This document shows, piece by piece, positions 37,877 through 47,569 of a stretch of 64,000 nt of DNA (position 1 is the first letter of the stretch; the number at the start of each line of letters is the position of its first letter). The stretch covers positions 7,305 through 71,304 of the forward strand of contig CAWGOY010000004.1 of the NCBI GenBank assembly GCA_963824355.1, read 5' to 3'. The notes under the pieces are model-generated. The model did not search any database and had not been told where the DNA came from. It was given only the letters and a program-made list of their open reading frames with translations. The stretch is from an uncultured Acidimicrobiaceae bacterium. Lineage in GTDB: Bacteria > Actinomycetota > Acidimicrobiia > Acidimicrobiales > RAAP-2. The position numbers were made by a program, and so were the translations under genes.

Positions 37877-39106
37877 ATGGAAGTAACCGACATCAACCTG
37901 GGCGACCCGGGGAACTTCGTAGAGGCGGTCCCTCACGATTGGTTCCGGATGCTCCGCCAGGAGATGCCCGTGCAGTGGCACCCGGACCCGGCAGGATTCG
38001 CCGAGGGGTTCTGGTCGGTCACCCGCTACGAGGACTGCGTAACCGTCAACCGCGACTACGAGCACTTCTCCTCCTACCGCGGCGCCACTCTGTTCCACGA
38101 CTTCGATGACGAAGTCCTCGGCCAGCAACGCATGATGATGCTGAACATGGACCCGCCCATGCACACCCGCTACCGTCGGCTGGTCAACAAGGGCTTCACC
38201 CCGCGGATGATCCGGGATCTCGAAGCCAAGGTTGTGGTGGCCACCGATGGCATCCTCGATACCGTCTGCGAGCAGGGAACGGCTGACTTCGTCGAACAGA
38301 TCTCCGCCGAACTGCCCCTCCAGGTCATCGCCGACCTGATGGGCGTGCCCCAGACCGACCGACACCTGGTGTTCGACTGGTCCAACCGGATGGTCGGCTC
38401 GGACGACCCCGAATACCAGCTGGCCGCGGAAGCCGGCGCGCAGGCGTCGATGGAGCTGTTCGCCTACGCCGACGAGCTGTGCGAGAAGAAGCGCCTCGAT
38501 CCTCACGAGGACCTGTTCAGCGTCCTAACCCAGGCGGAGATCGAGGGCGATCAACTGTCCCAGCTCGAGTTGGACCTGTTCTTCATGCTGCTGGCCGTGG
38601 CCGGCAACGAGACCACACGTAACCTCATCTCGGGGGCCATGGTGGCCTTCTTCGACCACCCCGACCAGTGGGAGCGTCTCCGGGCCGACCGGTCGCTGTT
38701 GCCGACGGCCATCGAGGAGATGCTCCGCTTCGTCTCCCCGGTGATGCACTTCCGGCGCCAGGCCACCGCCGACGTGGTCATCGGCGAACAGGAGGTGGCC
38801 GAGGGGGACAAGGTGCTCTTCTGGCACATTTCAGCCAACCGGGACGAATCGCAGTTCGCCGAGCCCGACCGCTTCGATATCGGCCGCACGCCGAACAATC
38901 ACATGGCCTTCGGGGGCGGCGGGCCGCACTTCTGCCTGGGGGCCAACCTGGCTCGCATGGAGATCAAGGTCATGTTCGAGCGGTTGCTCGACCGGATGCC
39001 CGACATCCACCTCGACGGCGAGGTGCAGCGCCTTCGGTCCAACTTCATTAACGGCGTGAAGCACATCCCGGTGGCCTTCGCTCCGTCGGCCCCGGTCGGT
39101 CACTGA
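37877..39106 (+). CDS. Cytochrome P450 (CYP125/CYP142-like steroid hydroxylase family)
   Basis: 410 codons: I-helix LLAVAGNETTRN, EEMLRF (ExxR) and the heme loop FGGGGPHFCLGANLAR. GGGGGAGA lies upstream of ATG 37877. Confidence 0.9.
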   Translation: MEVTDINLGDPGNFVEAVPHDWFRMLRQEMPVQWHPDPAGFAEGFWSVTRYEDCVTVNRDYEHFSSYRGATLFHDFDDEVLGQQRMMMLNMDPPMHTRYRRLVNKGFTPRMIRDLEAKVVVATDGILDTVCEQGTADFVEQISAELPLQVIADLMGVPQTDRHLVFDWSNRMVGSDDPEYQLAAEAGAQASMELFAYADELCEKKRLDPHEDLFSVLTQAEIEGDQLSQLELDLFFMLLAVAGNETTRNLISGAMVAFFDHPDQWERLRADRSLLPTAIEEMLRFVSPVMHFRRQATADVVIGEQEVAEGDKVLFWHISANRDESQFAEPDRFDIGRTPNNHMAFGGGGPHFCLGANLARMEIKVMFERLLDRMPDIHLDGEVQRLRSNFINGVKHIPVAFAPSAPVGH

Positions 39107-39133
39107 CCGAGCGGTCCCGAAAGTCCATCGCCC

Positions 39134-40028
39134 ATGCGCTTCCACCAGGCCGTCACCTTCCTTCCCCTCGAGGAGGTACGTAACCTGGCCTTGGCGTCCG
39201 ATGCCCTCGGGTATTCGGGCATCTACCTCTCCGACCACCTCTTCAACCCCCGTGAGCTGAAGTCGCGCTACACCTACTCCAAGGCACCCGACGGTGCACC
39301 GTTCTGGGAGAAGGAGACGGCCTGGCCCGATCCGATGTGTCTGATCTCCTCGTTGGCCGCGGTGACCACGAACCTCACCTTCACCACCGGTGTCTACGTG
39401 GCCCCGGTGCGGGACCTGATCACCGTGGCCAAGACCGTAGGAACCGCGGCGGTCCTGTCCGACAACCGGGTACGCCTCGGTGTGGGCGTGGGCTGGTGCG
39501 AGGAGGAGTATGTCCAGACCGGGCAGGACTTCAGGACCCGGGGCAAGCGACTGAACGAGATGATCCCTGGCCCTGCGGGCGCTGTGGCAGGGCGGATGGG
39601 TGGAGTACCACGGGACCTACTACGACGTCCCCGCCTGTCAGATGAACCCCTCGCCGTCCCTACCCGTCCCCTTCATCGGGGGCGGCGACTCCGACGCCGC
39701 TCTGGTTCGGGCCTCCACCCTGTGCGATGGATGGGTCAACACCGGGGCGGCCGCCCCAGACGAGGCATTTGCCCAGGTGGGCAAGATCAAGGACGCGGTC
39801 AAACGGGCTGGCCGGGAGAACGAGCCCTTCTCCATCTACGTGGCCGTGCGGGCCTTCCCCGACCTCGACCTCTACCACCGACTCGAGGACGCCGGCGTCA
39901 CCGACCTGCTCTGCGCTCCATGGATGTCGGTGCGGGCCACAGACGGCGACACCCCTGAATCGATTCGCCAGGCGCGGTTGGCGGTCAGCGAGCAGTTCGC
40001 CGAGAACGTCATCGCCCGGATGGACTGA
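39134..40028 (+). CDS. LLM-class F420/flavin-dependent oxidoreductase, one frame break near 39570
   Basis: It begins MRFHQAVTFLP and continues GYSGIYLSDHLF...VRLGVGVGWCEEEY...GKRLNEMI. After the shift it reads WVEYHGTYYDVPACQMNPSP...PFIGGGDSDAAL. Confidence 0.8.
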
Positions 40029-40072
40029 ACCCGCCGGCCGCTCCGTCTGGCCAGTCGGGTCAAAGAGCCGGT

Positions 40073-41546
40073 TCAGGAGGCCACGGGTGTTCCTGTCGCC
40101 ACCCCGGCGTCAGCCAACCCGTCATCGGCAGCTGCCAGTGGATCGCCGGCAGACGTCGGTGATCCGACGTCCGACTGAGGCGGATGGGCGGCCAGCCGGC
40201 GCAGCGGGTAGTACACCAGAGCGGCGACCACGAACCCCACCGGAAAAGCCAGGTCGGCGCCGTCCAGCTGATTGGACACCTGACCGTGGACCAGACCGGT
40301 GTCCATGAACGGCACCATCAGACCGAAGCCCACCACCAGAGCCACTAGGGCCGGCCACCCGGATCGCAGGTTTTCCCACTCCAGCAGATGGAGGAGGGTG
40401 GCTCGGTTGACCCCTTCCTTGCGGTCCCGCCAGTCGATGAGCACTACGGCCAGAAACGGGGCGATCCAGTAGGCAGTGAACAACAGTACGTTGGTGAACT
40501 TGGTCGAGATGTCGCCGGTGTTCAGCCACAGGATGAGGAAGAAGGCCACCGCCGTCCCGATCACCGCCGAGACGTGCCGTTTGATGCGCACCCCGCCGGC
40601 CTGGGCGGCCAGCGATCCCGAATAGTCGTTCATGGCGTTGCTGGTCACCGCGCCGAAGAGCACGGCCAACAGGGCCAGGGTGCCGAGAGTGCCTCCGCCC
40701 ATCAGACGTCTGAACGCCGGCAGCCGTCTGGTCGGTCAACGTCTTCGCCCCAAGCAGCCCGATGGTGTACACCCAGATGAACGAGACGGCCAGGCCTCCG
40801 AACGTGTACCAGAACAGCGGGTGGCGGGGCGTGTCCTTGGCCATGTACCGGCTGTAGTCGGCGGCGTAGGTAGCCCAGCTGAAACTGCCGCTGAAGGCGA
40901 TGGTGACCATGAGGACGAAGGTGGCGACGGCCAAGCCACCGTGCACGGTGTTGTGCAGCGGGAAGTTCCTATGGGCGGCGATCTTGTAGGTGAGGATCAC
41001 GAACAGCAATGCGAGGACGCCGGCGCCCCAGCTCTCCAGCCGGTGGATGAACTCGTAGCCCAGATAACCGACCAGACCCTCCAGAGCCAGGACCACCAGC
41101 ACGCCGACAGCAAAGGGCACGTGGAAGAGGATCTGAGCCGCCTGGCCACCGAACAAGCCGACCAAACCGTCCCAGGCCACGGCGGACACCCACTGGACGA
41201 GGGCGGGGATGGTGACCGACTTCCCGAACGGTAGACGGGCCAGCGGGAGTTGGGCCATGCCGGTCTTCGGTCCCCACAGCGACAGACCGGCCACCGGGAT
41301 CGATCCCAGCACCACACCAACGACGATAGCGGTGATGCCAGCGCTCAGACCCAGGCCGAGAGTGGCGGCCAAGGTGCCGGTGAACACTCCGGACAGCTCC
41401 ATGTTGGGGGCGAACCAGACGGTGAAGTTACGCCAGTTGGCCCCGTAACGGGCGTCCTCGGGGACGGGGACCATACCGGCCGTCTCGAGCGTGAGATCTC
41501 CCGCGCGTATCGGTCTGGCACCGTCGAAGACGCTGATCCCTTGCAC
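40073..41546 (-). CDS. NCS1-family purine/cytosine-type permease, one frame break near 40700
   Basis: The N-part is in ORF 40122..41750 (RNFTVWFAPNMELSGVFTG...PLARLPFGKS...YAADYSRY). The C-part is in ORF 40073..40702 (NAMNDYSGSLAAQAGG...FTAYWIAPFLAV). GTG 41546 has GGGAG 10 nt upstream. Confidence 0.8.
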
Positions 41547-41739
41547 CTGCTGGTCGCTCCCTGGTTGTCCGAAGGGTCCGATCTGTGCAGGTGATTCTGC
41601 CCCGAAATTCGAGGTGGGCTCGAATGCGGAGGTTGACCCCTCAAAACGACCAACCCGACCGGCGGTCCTCCCCACCCCCCTTCGGTGGCCCCGGCGTGGC
41701 CCGCTAGGGTCTGTGGGAACCAAATCCTGGGAGGGACCG

Positions 41740-42775
41740 ATGAGGGACATGAAGCTCGGACTGCAGCTCGGTTACTGGGGCTCGGGACCACCGGCCGACG
41801 CTCCCGCGCAGGTGGCCGAGGCCGAGCGGCTGGGCTTCGACTCGATCTGGACCGCCGAGGCCTACGGCTCCGACGCCCTCACCCCGCTCAGCTGGTGGGG
41901 CTCCCGGACTTCAACGGTGCGGCTCGGGACTGCCCTCTGCCAGCTTTCGGCCCGGACGCCAACGGCCATGGGCATGGCCGCCATTACCTTGGATCACCTG
42001 ACCGGCGGCCGGTTCGTGCTCGGGCTGGGCGTGTCGGGACCCCAGGTGGTCGAGGGCTGGTATGGCCAATCGTTCGAGAAACCGCTGGCCCGAACCCGCG
42101 AATACGTGGACATCGTCCGCCAGGTCATCGCCCGGGAAGCCCCAGTCACGAGCGACGGGCCGCACTACCCACTCCCGTATCCCGGCGGGACCGGGCTGGG
42201 CAAGCCGTTGAAGCCCATCGTGCATCCCTTGCGCAATGAGATCCCCATCATCCTCGGGGCCGAGGGTCCGAAGAACGTGGCCCTGGCCGCCGAGATCGCC
42301 GACGGATGGTTCCCCATCTTCTTCTCCCCCAATGCGGTCAAAGCTTTCGAGCCCTCGCTGGCCGAGGGGTTTGCCCGACCCAGCGCCCGACACACCGCCG
42401 AGGACTTCGAGGTGATCGCGTTCGCCCCCACCCTCATCGACGACGATATCGAGCGGGCGGCCGACAATTTCCGGCCCTTCCTGGCCCTCTACATCGGGGG
42501 CATGGGGGCCAAATCGATGAACTTCCACTTCGACGTCTTCTCCCGGATGGGTTACGAGGCGGAGGCCAGCAAGATCCAGGAGCTCTACCTGGCCGGGCGC
42601 AAGGACGAAGCCGCCGCCGCCGTCCCCACCTCCCTCATCGAAGACACCGCGTTGATCGGGCCGGTGGAGAAGATCCGGGACGACCTCGAGGGCTGGAAGG
42701 AGTCCATCGCCACCACACTGCTGGTGGCCGAGCACTCCCGACTCGCTGCGGACCATGGCCGAGCTGGTGCTGTAG
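41740..42775 (+). CDS. LLM-class F420-dependent oxidoreductase, one frame break near 42735
   Basis: It begins MRDMKLGLQLGYWG and continues GFDSIWTAEAYGSDALTPL...RFVLGLGVSGPQVVEGWYG...LYIGGMGA. The end DSLRTMAELVL* is reached after a shift (TAG 42773..42775). GGGAGGGA lies upstream. Confidence 0.85.
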
Positions 42776-42814
42776 CCAGAGCTGGTGCTGTTACGACCGT
42801 TGGCGCTGCGGCCA

Positions 42815-42878
42815 GGGGTGGCGCTGTCGTCAAGGGGTGGCGCTGTCGTCAGAGTGGGCGCTGTCGTCAGAGTGGGCG
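42815..42878. repeat. About 19-bp tandem repeat x3.4 (ggggtggcgctgtcgtca[a/ga])
   Basis: Direct reading. It lies in the convergent intergenic region and is preceded by a second short duplication (gagctggtgctgt at 42761 and 42779). Confidence 0.9.
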
Positions 42879-42911
42879 AGCGGGTTGGTACCTGACCCGT
42901 CAGGCATCCTG

Positions 42912-45900
42912 TCAGAGCTGGCGAGTTCTACCCGTCGGGGGATTTCTCCGGGTGAGTGAACGGTAGAGATCCATAGTGCTCGGGTGGACCGAATCGAAGG
43001 GCTCGATGTCGTCAGCCACCAGTCGGACCAGTTCGGACATCACCGCTTCCACCCCTGCCGGGTTCCCTCCAAGGTCGGCGGCGCGCATCAACATGCGGTA
43101 GAGCCGCTCGTCGTATGGGCTCACCAGAAGCCCCTTCCGGGCGGCCCACTCCGCTCCCCGGGGATCTCCGCGCCTCATGCAGGCCCCGGCCAGGCGACCG
43201 CTGAGGTCGACCACCGCTGATTCGATGGCCGGTCCGATGCCCTCGAGGATCGGCCAGTCAGAGGCGCGGAGCCCTTCGAAGGGTCGACCTCTGACCAGCT
43301 CCAGTGCCGAGCGCCACCGATCGGAGTCGTCCGAGTCGGCGAGGGACACGAACTGGTCCCAGTCGGTCGTGACGCTCGGCGCCAGGGCCAGACGACCGTG
43401 TGAACGGGGAAGATGATCGGCACCGTCCGGGGTCTGACCCAGCGAGCGTCTGGCCACCGAGGCCGTGGAGTACAGGCTGGACGCGGCCATCAACCGGTCG
43501 GGCCACAGGGCAGTAGCCCAGGCCTCGTTGCGAGCCCCGTTGGGGTGCATGGCCAGGTACACCACGAGCTCTCGTGCCCAGGCCCGGGTAAATGCCCGGG
43601 CAGCACCGCGAACTTCGACAGGTCCGAGTACCGCCACCAGGACGCCCTCCCACAGAACCTCCGACTGATCGATGGCGGGAGCCGACAACGCGGTGGCGCC
43701 ACTGGCTGATGGAAGACTTCCTGGTTCCAAGGAAGAAAAGGCGTGCCGCTTCCCGGCCGAGGCGGGAAGGACGATGGGAAGGTTGACGTAAGGCTCCTCG
43801 GAGGCCAGAACTGCTTGATGGTTGGCCGCTGTGTCCAGCAGGGCGGCCACCGCGTCCAGTTCAGCGGGCTCCACGCGTTGGGGAAACACCACGGAGCTGA
43901 GGTTCCCGAGTCCTAGTGACCGTCCATCGCCGAACAGGCTGACCACGTGACGCGCCAGCGGATGTCGTCCGGCGGCGACCACCACCGTGCCCAATCGCGG
44001 GTCCGAGGCGCACTCGAGGAGGTCAGCGACGAGGTCAACGGCCACCTCAGGTCCGCAGACCACGACGGACGGATCCCACAGGTCCGTATCCTCGATCCAG
44101 CGCGCCTGGGCGAATGAAGCGTACCCGGTCGTCCGTAGCCTCTCCCGTCCGGTGAGCTGCCGACGGCTGAGCTGGTCGATGAGCGATTGACCATCCTTGG
44201 CAGAGCTCACCCGATCGAAGCGCTCGAGCTCGACTCCGAATCCCACCACTGTCAGGTCGAACCGGCCGGACCAGTGCGAGGTAGCCAACTCCAGGGCCAA
44301 TGCCCTGACGAAGCCTTCGGTCTCCTCCGGTGCCCCTTCGATGGCCAGTGAGCCCAAGACCTCGAGGTTGACCAATACAACACCGTCCGGACCTCGGCCG
44401 GCGCTCACCAGAAGAGGAGCCGGCGACCGCCGCCAGGTGGCGCTTTCCTCCTCCGACCTCGTTGAAAGCACGGCTTCACGCTCCACGACTACGGTCCTGT
44501 CCTCAAGATCAGACGGTTCGCGTGCCGGCGACTGGTCCAGGTCGTCGAGGGTGTCGAACTCATCGATGATCAGTTCGATCGAGTTCGGACGCATCCGCGC
44601 GCCTGCGACCACCGGGACATTCCTGCCCGACCGCCGCATCGAGGGCATCACGCGGTGGAGTGAACGGTCGACCTCGTCGACGATGCTGCCGTACTCTCCC
44701 AACCTCAGCCGCTGCTCGATCTGGAGGTGGGGCTCATCGGGCAACCTGATGAACCGCCCATCTTGCCGATGGCGCTGTTGGGCCCGGCGCATGCGGTCGA
44801 TGATCCGGACCACTCCCGCTCCCACCACCCCAGCCCCAACGGGTACGTACGGAGGAAGCGCTCGCCGTACCGGTTCCATGCGGCCATCCTTCTGGGTGCC
44901 GGATCCTGACAGCACCTGCTGCTGGTTGGAACTGGCCACGGGCGAAGGGAGCGTCCTAGGCCCTAGGGGCAGGTCAGTCAGTCCGGGCACCTCGGGCAGT
45001 AAGGGCAAGCCGGTGGGTGGGGGTGGAGCCGGTGCCGGCGCTGTTGGGCTGAGAAAACGCCCTTCCCTGATGGGATGCATCTTCGAAAGCAGGGTTGGCC
45101 GGTCGACCAGCTGTCCCAACCGACGGTCTGGCTGGTCGTTCAGCGTTGGGTCGGACCCGGTGGCACTTACCGGACGCTGCTGTCCGAGTTCGCCTGCGCC
45201 GGACGCGGATGACGGGCCCTGCGGTGCCCGGGGAAGGAGGAGCCGCCAACCTGGCTTGATCCAGTGATCCGAACGGAGCTCCCCACCATCGGCCTGCTTG
45301 AGTCCATAGTTGAGCTCGGCGATCTCCTGCCAGCGCAGTGCGGTCCCGAGCTTCTCGGTGGCAATCGACCACAGCGTCTCACGCGACTTCACCAGGTGCA
45401 CCGACGGCAGGTCGGGCCAACCGTCCGACCCCGTCGCCTTGGCACTCGCAGATGCATTCGCCGGTACTTCTACTGTCGCTGTCGCTGTCGCTGTCGCTGT
45501 CGGCGTCACCTCGGACCCGATGACCCGCTCAGAATCGATGCGCTCCTCGATCGGCCGCTCGTCGGCGACGGTGGGGTCACCGAGCTCGAACGTCCCGACG
45601 GGGCCGACCGATCGATCCACTCGACCGCCGGGCGGCGTCAGAACGACAAGATCGGAAGCCTCCCATCCCGGACCGATGCCGAACGAGCGCTCGGAGGAGG
45701 AATCGGATAACCGGTCCCAGGTGTCGACTGAAAAAGGAAGGGCCTCGTTGATGACCCTGATCACCGGTTCCGACGACTTGGCGCCGACCGAGACGGCATC
45801 GGCTGAAGATGTCGCCACCGATGGCCCCCGACCCGCGGCGGACAGCGCCAGGGCTGTGCCCACCAGGCATGCTGCCAACGACTGCAGCGTCCGACTGGCC

Positions 45901-46241
45901 GGGAGACGCCTGGGTGACCGACCGCGAGCCAACGCCCGGAACTCCAGGACGACGCAGACCGTCATCCAGGCCCAGGCCATCCAGGCCAGGAGGAGCCCGC
46001 CCTGGGTCAACCATTGCCGGATCAATCTCTGGTCGTCCGGAGTTCGACCCGAGGCTGCCCGGACCATACCGGCAACCCCCGTGTGAGCAAGTGGCACGCC
46101 CCCCAACAGCAGCAGACCGACAGGGACGGCTACGACCAGGACGGCCAAAGCCACCAAGGCAACCGAAGACAGCAGAGCCCGACGCCACGATGCGGATGGT
46201 TCGCTGGTGCCGACGATGCCGCGGCCTGGCAAACCGGTCAT
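42912..46241 (-). CDS. Large membrane protein: N-terminal TM helices, LysM domain, Pro-rich linker, central P-loop-like (degenerate) region, C-terminal winged-helix plus BTAD (SARP-type) domain
   Basis: Intact 1109-aa ORF. The LysM domain reads HLVKSRETLWSIATEKLGTALRWQEIAELNYG...IKPGWRLLLP. The BTAD region reads WDQFVSLADS...ALELVRGRPFEGL...YDERLYRMLMRAADLGGNPAGVEAVMSEL. The ATG overlaps the upstream tadG-like stop (ATGA). Confidence 0.8.
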   Translation of the reverse strand: MTGLPGRGIVGTSEPSASWRRALLSSVALVALAVLVVAVPVGLLLLGGVPLAHTGVAGMVRAASGRTPDDQRLIRQWLTQGGLLLAWMAWAWMTVCVVLEFRALARGRSPRRLPASRTLQSLAACLVGTALALSAAGRGPSVATSSADAVSVGAKSSEPVIRVINEALPFSVDTWDRLSDSSSERSFGIGPGWEASDLVVLTPPGGRVDRSVGPVGTFELGDPTVADERPIEERIDSERVIGSEVTPTATATATATVEVPANASASAKATGSDGWPDLPSVHLVKSRETLWSIATEKLGTALRWQEIAELNYGLKQADGGELRSDHWIKPGWRLLLPRAPQGPSSASGAGELGQQRPVSATGSDPTLNDQPDRRLGQLVDRPTLLSKMHPIREGRFLSPTAPAPAPPPPTGLPLLPEVPGLTDLPLGPRTLPSPVASSNQQQVLSGSGTQKDGRMEPVRRALPPYVPVGAGVVGAGVVRIIDRMRRAQQRHRQDGRFIRLPDEPHLQIEQRLRLGEYGSIVDEVDRSLHRVMPSMRRSGRNVPVVAGARMRPNSIELIIDEFDTLDDLDQSPAREPSDLEDRTVVVEREAVLSTRSEEESATWRRSPAPLLVSAGRGPDGVVLVNLEVLGSLAIEGAPEETEGFVRALALELATSHWSGRFDLTVVGFGVELERFDRVSSAKDGQSLIDQLSRRQLTGRERLRTTGYASFAQARWIEDTDLWDPSVVVCGPEVAVDLVADLLECASDPRLGTVVVAAGRHPLARHVVSLFGDGRSLGLGNLSSVVFPQRVEPAELDAVAALLDTAANHQAVLASEEPYVNLPIVLPASAGKRHAFSSLEPGSLPSASGATALSAPAIDQSEVLWEGVLVAVLGPVEVRGAARAFTRAWARELVVYLAMHPNGARNEAWATALWPDRLMAASSLYSTASVARRSLGQTPDGADHLPRSHGRLALAPSVTTDWDQFVSLADSDDSDRWRSALELVRGRPFEGLRASDWPILEGIGPAIESAVVDLSGRLAGACMRRGDPRGAEWAARKGLLVSPYDERLYRMLMRAADLGGNPAGVEAVMSELVRLVADDIEPFDSVHPSTMDLYRSLTRRNPPTGRTRQL
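45473..45502. repeat. (CTGTCG)x5 perfect hexamer repeat
   Basis: Direct reading. It is in frame and encodes the (TA)n part of TPTATATATATVE in the LysM-BTAD protein. Confidence 0.95.
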
Positions 46242-46726
46242 GGCGACCCGACGGTCACGCCGGCCAAGTCGTAGGCCGAAGCAGATCCCGATATGGTCAA
46301 CGTGGAGATCCCAAACATGCCCAGGACCTCGGTAGGCAACCGATACTCGATGTGGACACTCACGACACCGCCGGAAACGGTCGCTGTCCCCGGATGTCCG
46401 GCAGCCACCGTAAAGGCTTGGGCGGCGGCCACAGCCGCCCCAGCATCCAGCTGAACGGATCCTGACCGGAGGGCATCCACCGAGAGGGCGCCAGCACCAG
46501 CCCGGGCGGCCTGCTCTGCTTCGTCATCGGCGGCCTGGTGGGCGCTCAGGGCCGATCCACCGTCGACCACCAGGCCGATCAGTGCGAACACCGCCACCAG
46601 GAGTAGCGCCACGAATGCCGTGACTGATCCGTTCTGGTCTGCACAGCGACAGGACCCCGTGGACTCGGAACCCGTGCGAACCGGGGGCCGGGAGACCGCC
46701 GGACGGAGCCGTCTACCGACCGACAT
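46238..46726 (-). CDS. TadG/TadE-like pilus assembly (pseudopilin-like) protein
   Basis: From ATG 46726 it reads MSVGRRLR...GSVTAFVALLLVAVFALIGLVVDGGSALSAHQAADDEAEQAARAGA. This is the Tad_N / TadE-like N-terminal motif. Confidence 0.7.
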   Translation of the reverse strand: MSVGRRLRPAVSRPPVRTGSESTGSCRCADQNGSVTAFVALLLVAVFALIGLVVDGGSALSAHQAADDEAEQAARAGAGALSVDALRSGSVQLDAGAAVAAAQAFTVAAGHPGTATVSGGVVSVHIEYRLPTEVLGMFGISTLTISGSASAYDLAGVTVGSP

Positions 46727-46731
46727 CCGGA

Positions 46732-47154
46732 TCAACGAAGGGACCGGTAGGGATCGATCGGGGCCGATGACGAAGAACGGACCATGGTCGCACCGGGCAG
46801 CCCGGCTACGGCCACATCGGACAATGGAACCTGGCACTCCACGGTCACCTCGACATAGCCGCCGGGGAAGTAATGACTGACATCGGTGATGACCTGGAGG
46901 TGAGCGCAGGTGGTGGACGAACCGCCTACCGCCAGCTCTGCCTCGGACGCCGCGCCCTGTTGGGCACTCGCTGCGTCAGGAAGCACGGCGGCCGCCTGGG
47001 CGGCCGCCCGGGACGCTTCTGTCACCTGTTGGCGCGCTTCAGCCACCCGACCAAAGGCCACCATCAAGACAGCCAACAAGAACAGCACTGGCGTGACCAC
47101 AATCAGCTCGACCGTGAGACTGCCATCGTCCCTGGTCATCGGTAGTCGGCTCAT
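46732..47154 (-). CDS. TadE-family protein
   Basis: It begins MSRLPMTRDDGSLTVELIVVTPVLFLLAVLMVAFGRV. This is the TadE motif (G-x-x-x-x-E plus a hydrophobic helix). Its ATG overlaps the upstream stop. Confidence 0.75.
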   Translation of the reverse strand: MSRLPMTRDDGSLTVELIVVTPVLFLLAVLMVAFGRVAEARQQVTEASRAAAQAAAVLPDAASAQQGAASEAELAVGGSSTTCAHLQVITDVSHYFPGGYVEVTVECQVPLSDVAVAGLPGATMVRSSSSAPIDPYRSLR

Positions 47155-47513
47155 TCTGATCCACGGAACTCTTGGACGGGACCGACCGATTGTGCGCTCA
47201 CCGGCAGTGAGAGCCAGGGCACGATGGCCAGGGCATGACCGGTCACCGAGATCCGGGTCTGATCGCCAGGCAAGAGCGAGACCACGGTATTGCCCGAGAC
47301 CACGTCACTCCCCGGCCCATCGAGCACCGAATTGGCCTCGATGGTTCCGGCCACCGTGCCTCCTCCGACGGAACGGGCCACCCGATCACCTTCCGACGCT
47401 GCCAGTTGTGTCACCTGGGCAGCATGGGCCCACAGGGCGAACTGGATCACGAGCAGCAAGAGCACCATGACCACCGGGATGACCAGCACGGCCTCGACAA
47501 CCGCGGAGCCCAT
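47151..47513 (-). CDS. TadE-family protein
   Basis: From ATG 47513 it reads MGSAVVEAVLVIPVVMVLLLLVIQFALWAHA. Confidence 0.75.
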   Translation of the reverse strand: MGSAVVEAVLVIPVVMVLLLLVIQFALWAHAAQVTQLAASEGDRVARSVGGGTVAGTIEANSVLDGPGSDVVSGNTVVSLLPGDQTRISVTGHALAIVPWLSLPVSAQSVGPVQEFRGSE

Positions 47514-47569
47514 ATCACCCTTCCGGCGGTCACCGGTCCGTTCGAACTCCCGGTACTGGCCACGACGGA

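Noticed and set aside
41547-41750. Upstream extension of the permease ORF to ATG 41750
   Set aside because: It would overlap the divergent LLM gene start and encodes non-membrane Arg/Gly-rich sequence. GTG 41546 with an upstream GGGAG is a better start.
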